From the NCBI RefSeq assembly GCF_009914755.1, contig NC_060926.1: a stretch of DNA of 64,000 nucleotides; one strand, given 5' to 3'. Positions within the stretch are counted from its first letter, which is position 1. Every line of letters starts with the position of its first letter. This DNA comes from the human T2T-CHM13v2.0 reference genome, Homo sapiens. Below are positions 1 to 11,800 of this stretch, piece after piece. The position numbers were made by a program, and so were the translations under genes. Under the pieces are notes generated by a model. That model saw only the letters and a list, made by a program, of their open reading frames with translations, was not told the DNA's origin and ran no database searches.

Positions 1-845
1 TCAAACATTTAGGAGCATTGCATGCTTTTGGTTGTTTTTGGTTTTTATGGGGTTTTCTTGCGGGGGGTGGGTGGGGTCGTCTTTCAGCCTTAGAGAGAAA
101 TTGAAGTTTATCATTTTCACACTTGTTGAATAAGAACATTGGATTTATTTTTTGAATTTATCCTTTCGGTAAGCCCTCCTTTTAGTACACCTAGGTGAAC
201 TGATTTTTAAGATATACAATAAATTTTTTGAACGCTGCTGCCCAGTGTTGAAGTCCATTAGATCCTAAAATCAGGAAACATACATCTGTCATTGGCTTTG
301 AAGAGAGTTTAAAGAATGTTTCTTGGCAAAATCATAATTGCTCATAACTGCTTATTTCATGCAAATTCTGACACATGTGGGACTATTAATGTGGTAATGC
401 CCTCAATGAAATTGTACAGCTGCTACTAAAGGGCAAAACTGGGAAAGATACAATGTATTTTAATAATCTATGTGGACAAGTCAGTGAAGGGAATGATCCT
501 ATAGCACTGATTCAGTTTCACATAAAAACAGAAGTTCATATAATCAAAACCCTGACATTCTATTACTTTTTATTTGGAATGAATTATGAATACCTTTAAG
601 CAAAAAATTCCAATTTTAAATGTGTTTCACAAAGGTTTTAGAATGCTTATCTCTGGGGCTCTGATTTAATTAACAAACCTTTCTACATTTCTATAGTTGT
701 TGTGGCATTATGGTGAAATTAACACTGGTTTCTGCGTTATATTGTGCTTTCTGAAACATTTATCTACAGAGTAGTTGCATCTAAACTTGCCTATCACTGT
801 ATTTTTATTTTATGGTTGCTGCCTTAGCATTAGAACAAAAAAGAT

Positions 846-848
<3 letters not shown>

Positions 849-876
<28 letters not shown>
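849..876. repeat. (GT)14 microsatellite
   Basis: Perfect GT run read directly. Confidence 0.97.
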
Positions 877-879
<3 letters not shown>

Positions 880-904
880 CATGTTAAATACTGTAGTGTT
901 AAGT

Positions 905-1347
905 TTGCCGAGTTAGTCCACTGCTAAGATGATAAGGAGAATAACTGCTATAGGTAAGATAGAAATACATTTCTCTTTCAGTAACTGTCCAAATTGAAGC
1001 AGTCCATAGCTGGTTTGGTAGCTGCAATGCTGGTGACCTAGGTTCTTTTTTTCTTGTTCTGCCATCCTCAACATGCAACTTGCATTTTGTGGTTAAAATG
1101 CTTCTCTAAGCAGTAACAGCAAGAAGAAAAAAGGGTCAGTGGAGGGCACAAAATTTCCCTTTAAAAGTATGGCCAAGAAGTTGTTCTTATCATTTACTCT
1201 TCTCTCCCATTAACAAGAAGTTAATCATTTGACCACATCTATCTACAAGAAAGACTGGGAAAGACTGGGAAATTCTAAAATTAGAATTTCTAATACTAAA
1301 GAAGGGAAGAATGGGTATTGGTATTCAATCAGCAGCCTCTGCCATAC
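905..1347 (-). mobile_element. Old MaLR solo LTR (MLT1J/K/L-like)
   Basis: Ends ...gggtattggtattcaatcagcagcctctgccata, resembling the reverse complement of the MLT1 5' end; internal 'ctgccatcctcaacatg' and 'gaccacatctatctacaagaaagactgggaaa' are typical. Heavily diverged. Confidence 0.6.
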
Positions 1348-1819
1348 ACTCTAGCATTGCTTTGGAGTGCTTTCAAAATTGCTATATATAGGGTATTCAA
1401 AGACATAGGAGCACACTAGTGAACATTTTTTTTTCATTGCTGAATGGGACTGCTTTTCTTCCTTGTTGCCTTCCTTCCTTCCTCCTTTCTCCTCTCTATT
1501 CCTCCAACTCATTTCCAGTATTTCATTCTTTTAGCAGCTTCTATGTGTCAGAGATTGTCCTATGCACTAAAGTTCAGAATTGAGAAAGGCATTTTCTCTC
1601 TCTCTCATAGTCATATAGGGGAAAGCAAGATATCAGCAAGATGGTGAGTGCTATTTTAACAATGTGCTATAGGGACAGAAAACAAAATCATCCCAGGTAG
1701 GTCAGGAAATCACCAATAGGTGACATTTGAATTTGATCTTCAGAATGCTGCCTGATGCTTTGACCTGTTCCTTCTCTCTGTTTTGTTCAGCTCCAATCCT
1801 ATCTAAAGACTTTATTGAA

Positions 1820-2136
<317 letters not shown>

Positions 2137-2159
2137 CTAGGGTGCCGAAGTCTGGTATT

Positions 2160-2553
2160 GTAGACACTAAGACTGCTCACCATTATTTCCAATTCATCTC
2201 CTCCCATGCATAAACTAAGAGTGTACTTATTCACTAAAAGTTAGAAGTAGCCATGTGACTTGCTTTGGCTAAAGATATGTGAGCACAAGTGAGAAATATT
2301 ACCTATGAGTGAATGCATTTAAAAGTTATTGTGCTGGCCTTCATTGTATCTCTCTTGCCAGCTGCAATGATAGTGGAAGCATAGTTTGATATGGAGATAC
2401 AGAGCTGAGCTATCGCATTGCAGATCAGCTATACTGGAGAACTGCCCGGACCTGAAATACACTCCCAGAAAGATAAATTTTTGCTGCTTTAAGACATAGA
2501 GATTTGTGAGCTATTTGTTAAGCAACAAAATCTAGCTTCCTGTTAACTAATAA
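2160..2553 (+). mobile_element. MaLR solo LTR (MLT1H/I/J-like)
   Basis: 'gccatgtgacttgctttggctaaagatatgtgag' and 3' end 'gagatttgtgagctatttgttaagcaacaaaatctagcttcctgttaactaata' match the MLT1 architecture. Confidence 0.7.
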
Positions 2554-4264
2554 CCAATTCTTCCTTCAGTCCACTCCTCTTACATACTGTTTCTTTCATA
2601 TTCACACTCTTATCCAAGAACAAAATGATAGCGATGATGTATGATTAAGGGTAGAACATTAGAAAGTTCTGAATTTTTCTCAATGAAATTAATTCCTAAT
2701 TATTTTTCGATAGTATTATTATTAGATAAACATTTTTCTTTGTACAATTCATTGGGGTTCATTTTAGATTGATAGAGTTTGATTTATTCCTTTAAAAAGA
2801 CCCCCAAAATTATCAGTTCAATAAGAAAGCAAAATACTTGGAATTCACTCAAAACACAAGCTTTTAATAGTGAAATAACAAAATAGATTCTTTTTTTTTT
2901 TTTTGCTAAAATAAGCATCTGTATATTTATACAATTTAATATAATCAATTCATAATAAAATCTATTGAGATTTAATATCTTTTGCAATGTTCACCCTGTA
3001 TGATATAGTTTTCTCTTTTACCTGCATAGAGCCTAAGATATTAGAATATATAATTATCAAAACATGTATATGATTATAATTTTTGGCCTAGCAGACCTAT
3101 ATATATCAGGCAGGGAACAGTAGGGAAACGTGTCCTTGGTAATTGACCCTGAGAAACTGATCCAACTTCACCTGATCTATTAGTAAGCCTTGAGGAATGT
3201 GCTAGAGCTATTACCAATGTGAGCATTCAGAGACCAAAGGACTCTCAAAATCCGAGAAGTCAGGACGGTATTAATGACAAAAAAGCAGAGAGAATGGTAA
3301 TGAGGACTTGAAGGGGTCTTCACCAAGTCCATATGCATCATGGGATGCTCTGTAGGGACTTAGCTAATGATGCTTGTCCCACTCAAAGAATACAGCTCTA
3401 TCTCTTGTTTTCTACAGTCGTGTTCAGAGTTAAATGCTTATCTGTTTTTCTTACATTAAAAGTACTGTGTGACTTTCTTGTATTTGTTGGTATGTTTTAA
3501 TCGATCACCATTCACCCTACTTAACACTACCTTCACAAAGTCTCATATTACAAAAGTCAGCAAACTTATATAAAATTGAATGTATGGAAACTTATCCTTT
3601 TTAAATATGAGGTGTGTTCATATAATACTATGAATTTAAACACATAATTATCTACCCAATTTACTGAAAATATTTAACTTATAAAAACTAAAATATGTGT
3701 GTCTCATTGTGGTTATTGGTTTAAAATGTTCACAGTAAATCAATGCAATAGGATAAAGTATGAAAATCCACCAGTGAAATAAAATATGCAAAATTCAGGA
3801 TAGTGTTTGACTTAGGATGGGATATGGTAGAAAAGGAGATGTGATTAGGGAGAAGGATTTTCAACTTTCATAAAGTTTTATTTCTCAAGCTGGACTGAGG
3901 ATTGGTACATGGATTTTGTCATAACATTTATCCAATTTTGAGTGTCTGAAATATTTTATAATTTTAAAAATCTCATACTCTCTCAAACCCCCTTTCCCTA
4001 TTTCATTTTTCCAAAAGTTTCAGGAGTTTTAAAAAATGAAGATAGTAAATCTCTTTTTAAAAATATTTGTTCCAATCATTCATTTTTTTGCTCTGATTGA
4101 ATCCATTTGTTTACTCATGGTTTCAGCTACTTCTGAACCCATTTGATGACTTTTGACATAAATGTATTAGTACACAAGTATAAGTACATTTCTTGTTGAC
4201 TATCAAGAAAATTTCTTTATTTTGATACAGTGAAATTAAGAGACAAGTTACAGAATTATACGGG

Positions 4265-4475
4265 ATATAATTATAATATCTATATGTTATATAATATATA
4301 TTTATAATTATAATTAATAAAATATAAATGGCTTACACTTCGGACTTTAGATTTTAGACTTTAAGGTTTATATAATATAGATTTATATTAAAATTATAAT
4401 TATAATTCTATATAATATAGATCATAATATATTATAATCTATATTATATAATATCTGTATTATATACAATTACAG
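4265..4475. repeat. TA-rich low-complexity tract with an embedded 45-bp unique segment
   Basis: Irregular TATA/TATAA repeats on both sides of 4326-4370. Confidence 0.85.
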
Positions 4476-6199
4476 TATAGGAGTGTGCATTTTTCCTTTT
4501 TACAGATAATTTTGAAGGAAAGTAGTGATTTGAGGTTTGGGGGCCTGAATTTTCAAAATAAATGCAATAACTGCATTTTACTTTGAAATTATAGATCAAA
4601 ACAATGATATCACTAGTTTAGGAGGATGTAGTTTTGATTTTCATTTTACTGTTTTTTATCTGTTCATCTGCTCTCGTCAACTGAGAAGCCATATAATAGG
4701 TTATGTTTTCTGATGACAGAGATTACTTCAGTTAAATTTTTCCTGCGGGCTAAGATAAATGGGTCATGTTTTGAATATTTATGAAAAATCTGTGCAGACA
4801 GTGGATATTTTAAGTGTATTTTCTTGTATTAAATTGTGATTTATAATGTCTCATTAATATGGAAAAGTGATCTGTTATTTCCATCTAACGTGTTTGTTTC
4901 TCTGGTGCTGCCCTGACTTGCTCTGTTTACAGTTTTTAGTACCCTCAGTGTGTGTACCTCTCTAACTTCAGGGCTTTCTTTGTAAAAGAAGGGTCAGAAC
5001 TTGTCACAGAGTCACAAAACATGTCAGATTTCAGGCCATTTCTCTGAGCTTGTCTGGGTGCAAAGCGTGCACATTTGCATGGTGACCTTTGCAAACCCAA
5101 ACAGAGAAGGTGATGTGAGGGTCATTTCCTAAGCCCAGCTAATGAACTGATTATCCCCAAATGCCTGGTAGTCTGCATAACAATGAAGAGTGGAAAGTTC
5201 ACTTCAAATCCAGAGAGGCACAATAAATCTCTGAAGTAGAATTTTTAATAAACCGATTGTATATTAGCATCAGTATTTTAATTATTTGCTACTGAACCAC
5301 CCAAAGCCAAGAGATCAAATTGTTTACTAGAAAGAGGTATTGTCTTGCTTTCCAATACACTTTAATTTTTAATTATTTTCCTGTCCCCGAAGTATTGTTC
5401 TTTAAAGAGTCCCTTTTTTTTTTTTTTTTGGATGAAGGTGGGGTATGATTAACAAACATTTTCCAAAACATTTCTAGAAAGAAAATTTGCAGGCATTTTC
5501 AGTTAAGCTTTATTTTTTCTCTAGGGCTGATTGGTATATAAACAAATTAAGGATATTTTTATTATTATTCTCTCCCCATATGTATAATTTCAACTCAAGC
5601 ATGTGGTATAATATTTCCAAATAGGTATCATTGTTATAATTAGTTACAATGGAAATGATGTTAACAATATTTCAATAGGTAAATCTTCCCTGTCAGAGCA
5701 ATTTTTAAAAGAGGAGAAATGGCTTACACTTGGGATTTTAGATTTTAGACTTCAAGTTTTAAACTTGTGTATGCCTCTATGTTTGTTAAAGGTAATGTCT
5801 GAACCAGAGATACTAAATGTAATAGAGAGGACACCATTTTACATCCATGGCTACTTGATGTTGACGTTCACTGACTGATTAATGTTGAATAATGTTAACA
5901 TTAACTGATTTTCAATTTGCTTTCCAGGCAAATTTTTTCCATCAGTTTCTCTATTAGCTACCTGTTTCATTCAACTACCAGTCAATCTGGCCTAGTTGTA
6001 GCATCATTGATAAAGATTTCATGTATTTGCTATCTGTGTTCCAAATCTTATTCTTTGAAAAATAAATAAATAAAAGGGTATAGCACTCATGGCTCCCTAG
6101 TATTACATTCATTTAGTATTTAAGCATATGGAGGAGATGACAATAGTCTTACAACATTGAGAAAATGGATTTATTCTCCTTTTAAAAACTTTGCTGATA

Positions 6200-7070
6200 C
6201 CTAATGTGTATTTCCCTGAATCTCTTCTCTGTAGCATCTGGTCTATGTCCTCTTTCTCTGCCTGCATCTTGAATTTCAATGTTCAATGAAATTGTCTCCA
6301 TGATACCTCTCTTTTTTTCCTGATTTGCATTATCTTTGGGCATTCTCATCTACTCCTCTTTCTTCAACTGATATCACCCATATACATATCACAACCCTGT
6401 CTTTCAAGTGTTGACCAATGTTTTAAATTCTATTAGCTACTTCCAACTATCACAGGTATCCTAAATTCATGTGTCTAAAATTGGGTCCATTATGTTCTTT
6501 CTCAGAGCCTCTTCTCCTTTCATTCTCTTTTATTCTAAAGGAATAGTCAATACTTACCTAGTAAATTAAGTAGAAAATTGTCTCTACCTTTCTTCACCAC
6601 TTCCCCAGGATCCTATAAATCATCAAGTATTGTTTATTCAACCCAAGAAATAGCACCTGAATTTGTATTCTGTTCTGCATTTAATAACCACTAAATTAAT
6701 TTTCTCCCTCATTATTTCTAAGTATGTTATCTTAAGGACATCCTCTATAGTCTATCCTTTAAATCCATCCTTAATTGCTGTGAAACAGAAATAGATTTCT
6801 GTTTATTTCAGATTGCTTATATCACTTCTTTTTCCAAATTAAATACCATTGATAATTCACATTAAATCCTTGGCCAATGAGAAAAATTCCAAACTCCTTA
6901 GCTTGCTCAAACTATCTCACCATGCATTTCCAGACTCATTCCCTGTGACTTTCCCCACTCATCTATGCTGGTCGCCAAGACAATACAACTTTGACAAAGT
7001 ACAGTTTCTGCATAAAATACTTCCCAAGCTGTGTTTCATGAGCAGAATGATCTTTTTCTCAGTGCTCCCA
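6200..7070 (+). mobile_element. LINE-2 (L2) fragment
   Basis: Pyrimidine-rich L2-like motifs: 'caggtatcctaaattcatgtgtctaaaattg', 'atcatcaagtattgtttattcaaccc', 'aaattccaaactccttagcttg'. Confidence 0.6.
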
Positions 7071-7099
7071 TTGTCTTTTGGACAATATATAGTTCGGTA

Positions 7100-8457
7100 C
7101 ACTTGCCTAAATTAAAGATTTGGAACTCTAAATTTCCCATTAAACATAGCTCTAACAGCACACCACAAGTTATGATGTTACATTTTTATTATCTTTTAAT
7201 AAAAATATTTTTAATCTTCCATTGTGATTACTTTTGACACAAGAATTATGTAGAGGTGTGGAAATATACTACATACCTGGTAAATATTTAATAATTTTCA
7301 GTTATATATTTTAGAATTAATTTCTAGCTTAGCTCTCCTGGGGTCAGGGAAAGTACTTTGAATAACTTAAGTTTTTGTGGTCAAATATTTTAATAGACGA
7401 TTCTGGTGAATGTTTTATGTGATCTTGGAAAGAGTGCATATTCCTATGATGTTAGTCATAGCATTTTAGATATTTCATACAGGTCAAGTTAATTGTGCTA
7501 TTCATGTCTTCATATCCTTACTGATTGTGTTATCTGTTTATCTCATCAGTCACAGGAAGAGGTGTATTGAAATGACATTCTATGTTTGTGTATATCAATT
7601 TGTCATTTTAGATCTATCAGTTTTTCCTTTATACATTTTGAGGCTAGATTAAATAGAACGTACAAATATATTTCTTAGAAGTGTTTCTTGCCTTAAAATT
7701 GATGTGTTTTTATATTAGTACAGCACCTCCAGATTGCTTTTAGTCTGTGTTTATAAGGTATATCTTTTTCTAGTGTTTTACATTCAAGATTTCTATGTCC
7801 TTACATTAAGGGATGTCTATTTGGAAGTAGCGTATAGCTGAATACAGCCTGAAAACCTTTGTATCTTAATTGAAATGTTCATACAGTGTACATTTATTAT
7901 AACCATGGATGTATCTGTTTATATCTACCATCTCACTATTTACTGTCCATTGTTTCTGCTTGTTCTAGTCTTCTTTTTCTTTACTTTTGAGCCTTCTTTT
8001 GGATTAATCAATTATTTTCAGTTATCACAAATGTTTCCTCTATTAGCTTGTATTTACATTTTTTACTCTTCCTTTAACTATTAACCTAGAAATCACAGCA
8101 TATTTTTTCCTTATAGTAGAGCATGTTTACAATTTTCCAGATAATGTTAGACTCTTAGTAGAGTTCCATCTTTTTAAATTCTTCTTCCTTTGATATCATT
8201 TTTGTCATACATTTAATTCTACCTATAATTTAATCCCATAAGATACTATTTTGTTTTTATGGTCAAGATTTATTTAAATGTATCTACATATTAGTACTTT
8301 CTATGGCTTTTTATTCTTTCTCCATTTCTTACTTTTTCTATATATTCTATTTTCCTTTTAAAGGACTACATTCCCCTTGGTATTGTTTATATTGGAAATC
8401 TCCTACTTCAAATTATCTCATTTTTCTGAAAATGTCTGTATTTTGCTTTTTGGCTAC
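7100..8457 (-). mobile_element. Old L1M fragment (ORF2 endonuclease region)
   Basis: 'taaatttcccattaaacatagctctaacagcacaccacaag' and 'ttcatgtcttcatatccttactgatt' resemble antisense L1M ORF2; interrupted by the HERV-L. Confidence 0.7.
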
Positions 8458-8944
8458 TGTGATGGTTAATACTGAGTGTCAACTTGATTGGATTGAAATA
8501 TGCAAAGTATGAATCCTGGGTGTGTCTGTGAGAGTATTGCCAAAGGAGATTAACATTTGAGTCAGTGGGTTGGGGAAGGCAGACTCACCCTTAATCTGGA
8601 TGGGCACCATCTAATCAACTGCCGGCAAATATGAAGCAGGCAGAAAAAAATGTGAAGAGGCTAGGCTGGCTTAGCCTCCCAGTCTGCATTTCTTTTTTCC
8701 CCCATGCTGGATGCTTCCTGCCCTCAAACATGGGACTCCAAATTCTTCAGCTTTGGTACTTTGAATGGCTTCCTTGTTCCTCAGCTTGCAGCTGGCCGAC
8801 TGTGTGATGTTGTGATGTTGTGAGTTAATGCTACTTAATAAACTCCCCTTTATATTTATGTTTATATCCCCTTTATACATTATATTTATATAAAGGGGAG
8901 TTTACATATAAAGGGTTCCCTAGAGGGACAGAACTAATAAGATA
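8458..8944 (+). mobile_element. 5' LTR (MLT2A1-like), 3' tail inverted
   Basis: Starts TGTGATGGTTAATACTGAGTGTCAACTTGATTGGATTG; AATAAA 8837-8842; 8912-8944 is the reverse complement of the LTR tail. Confidence 0.92.
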
Positions 8945-10267
8945 TATATAATATATATTAATATATATAATATGTCATATATAACATACATATTATATAT
9001 TATGTTATATATAAAATAAGATATGTATATCTTTTTTTATATATAAAATAAGACATATATAACTTATATATTATAAAATAAGATATATCTTATATATTAT
9101 ATATAAAACAAGATATATATAAGATAAGATATAAAGATAAAAATAAGATATAAATAAAATATATAAAAAAGATAAATAAAAAAGATATAAGATATAAGAT
9201 ATATATCATATATCTTATATATAATTATATATAATATAAAAATTATACATATTATTTTATTATATATTATATACATAATATATATATTTCATATATAATA
9301 TATATTATATATAATATAAAATATATATTATGTATAATTATATATAAAATATATTATATAATTATATATAACATAAAATATATATAATATATAATTATAT
9401 ATAATATAAAATATATATATAATATAAAATATATATTATATATAATTATATATAATATAAAATATATATTATATAGTATATATTATATAAAATATATATT
9501 ATATATAATTATATATAATATAAAATATATATTATATATAATTATATAATATAAAATATATATTGTATATAATTATATATAATATAAAATATATATAATA
9601 TATGAAATAAGATATATACTATATATAATATATATAATTTACATATAAGATATATATCATATATCTTATATATAAAATAGGATATATATCTTATATGTTA
9701 TATATAAAATAAGATATATTATGTATATCTTTTGTTACATATACAATAAGACATATATATAATGTATATAAAATAAGATATATATTATATAAATATATAT
9801 ATCATATATCTTACATATTATATGTAAGATATATATCATATATCTTACATATTATATGTAAGATATATATCAGATATCTTACATATAATATGTAAGATAT
9901 CTTACATATAATATGTAAGATATCTTACATATTATATGTAAGATATATATCATATATCTTATATATTATATATAAAATAAGATATATATCATACACGATA
10001 TATATATCTTATATATATGATATATCATGTATGATAGATATCTTATATATATAATATAATATCATATATATTATATATAATATAATATCACATATATTAT
10101 ATATAATATAATATCATATTATATTATATATAATATCATATATATTATATATAATATATTATTATATATAAGAAATATATATAATATATATATTTATTAC
10201 ATATAAATATATATTTAATATATGTTTATATATAATAAGATATATATTATATATATAATATATATAT
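8941..10267. repeat. ~1.3 kb interrupted TA-rich array
   Basis: Almost only A/T; recurring units ATAAGATAT / ATATCTTAT, TATATAATTATATATAATATAAAA and TCTTACATATTATATGTAAGA. Confidence 0.97.
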
Positions 10268-11357
10268 GACCCACAACCCACACTGCCATCAGCCTTTCCA
10301 CCTTTGTCTGAGGAGATAAACCCTCGCTGCCTGAGGCAACAGTTATGACCTCCCTGAGGCAGTTGCCAGGCAAGGTAATGTTGATTCTCCTCAGGAGCCA
10401 CCCACAACACCCCTATTTGCTTCTAGACCTGTAACTATACTAAAGTCCCAGCGGGCCCCTAGAGGCAAGTTTCAGAGTGTGACCCATGAGAAGGTGAGCT
10501 ACATTCAAAAAGAACTACTTGAACGTTCTAATTTATAGAAACAGAAATCTGGAGAACAGGCATGGGAATTGATATTAAGGATGTGAGATAATGGTGGAAG
10601 AAACATAAAGTTGGGTCAGGCTGAATTTATTGATTTAGACCCACTAAGTAGGGACTCTGCATTTAATGTTGCAGCTGGGGAAATTTAAAAAGTTTCTAAT
10701 AATGTATTTGTTTGGCTAGCTGAAATATAGATTAAAAGATGGCCCACTGTGACCAACCTGGAAATGTCTGATCTCCCTTGGGTTAATGTAGAAAAAAGGA
10801 TCCAAAACCTTAAAGAGATAGGGATACTGAAGTAGATTAGTCACTTTGGACCGACTCATCCCAGCTGCGCAGGTCTAGAGGCTATACCCTTGACCAATGC
10901 TTTGTAAAATAGATTTGTGAGGGTAGCACCTGTATTTTTTTAGAACTCTATAATTGCTCTTTTCTGTATGTCAGCTCTAACAGTGGAAACCACAGTCACT
11001 CAACTACAACATTTAAATACAGTGGGAATAATTGGATTCCGAGGTGGCAGGGGCCAAGTGGCAGCAGTCAACTGTCAAAAGCGAGGTAGACGTAGCTACC
11101 ATAATGGACAGCAGAGGCAAAGCGGCAATCAGAATAGTCTGACTCATGTAGAACTCTGGCATTGGTTAAATAATCACAGTGTTCCTAGAAGTCATACTGA
11201 TAGGAAGCCTACTGCATTCCTACTTTATTTTATAAAGCAGAAAACTTCTGGGTCTAATGGACAAAAGACAAATTTGAATTGTAAGAACAAAGAATCATGG
11301 CCCCTTAATCAATTTCCAGAATTGAGCCAGTTTACAGACCCAGAACCCCTTGAATGA
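10268..11357 (+). pseudogene. gag: HERV-L gag remnant (5'-truncated, several stops)
   Basis: ORF 10968-11357 'QLQHLNTVGIIGFRGGRGQVAAVNCQ...LWHWLNNHSVPRS...QFTDPEPLE' is the ERV-L Gag C-terminus; upstream part carries stops. Confidence 0.85.
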
Positions 11358-11471
11358 AGGGGAGGCTGGGTCCCCTAGAGGAAGGACCCCAGTACACTAC
11401 TAACAATTTATGCTGTTAATCTTTCTCCCATCCTTCCCCAATGAGATATCCAGCCTTTTACCAGGGTAACT

Positions 11472-11800
11472 GTGCATTGGGGAAAGAGAAATGATCAGAC
11501 ATTTCAAGCACTAGTGGACACTGGCCTTGAGCTGACATTGATTCCCGGGGACCCAAAACATCATTGTGATCCTCCAGTTAAAGTAGGGGCTTATGGACAT
11601 CAGGTAATTAATGGAGTTTTAGCTCAGGTTCAAATTACAGTAGGTCCAGTGGGTCCCTGGACTCACCCTGTGGTCATTTTCACAGTGCCTAAATGCATAA
11701 TTGACATAGACATACTTAGGTGGCAGAACTCCCACACTGGCTCCCTGACTGGTAGGATGAAGGCTATTATGGTGGGAAGGGCCAAATGGAAGCCGTTAGA
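11472..11800 (+). pseudogene. pro: HERV-L aspartic protease remnant
   Basis: 'FQALVDTGLELTLIPGDPKHH...VKVGAYG' with DTG motif in ORF 11472-12083. Confidence 0.88.

Noticed and set aside
49-76. G-quadruplex-like GGGG-N9-GGGGGG-T-GGG-T-GGGG
   Set aside because: One long loop, isolated, no promoter or CpG-island context.
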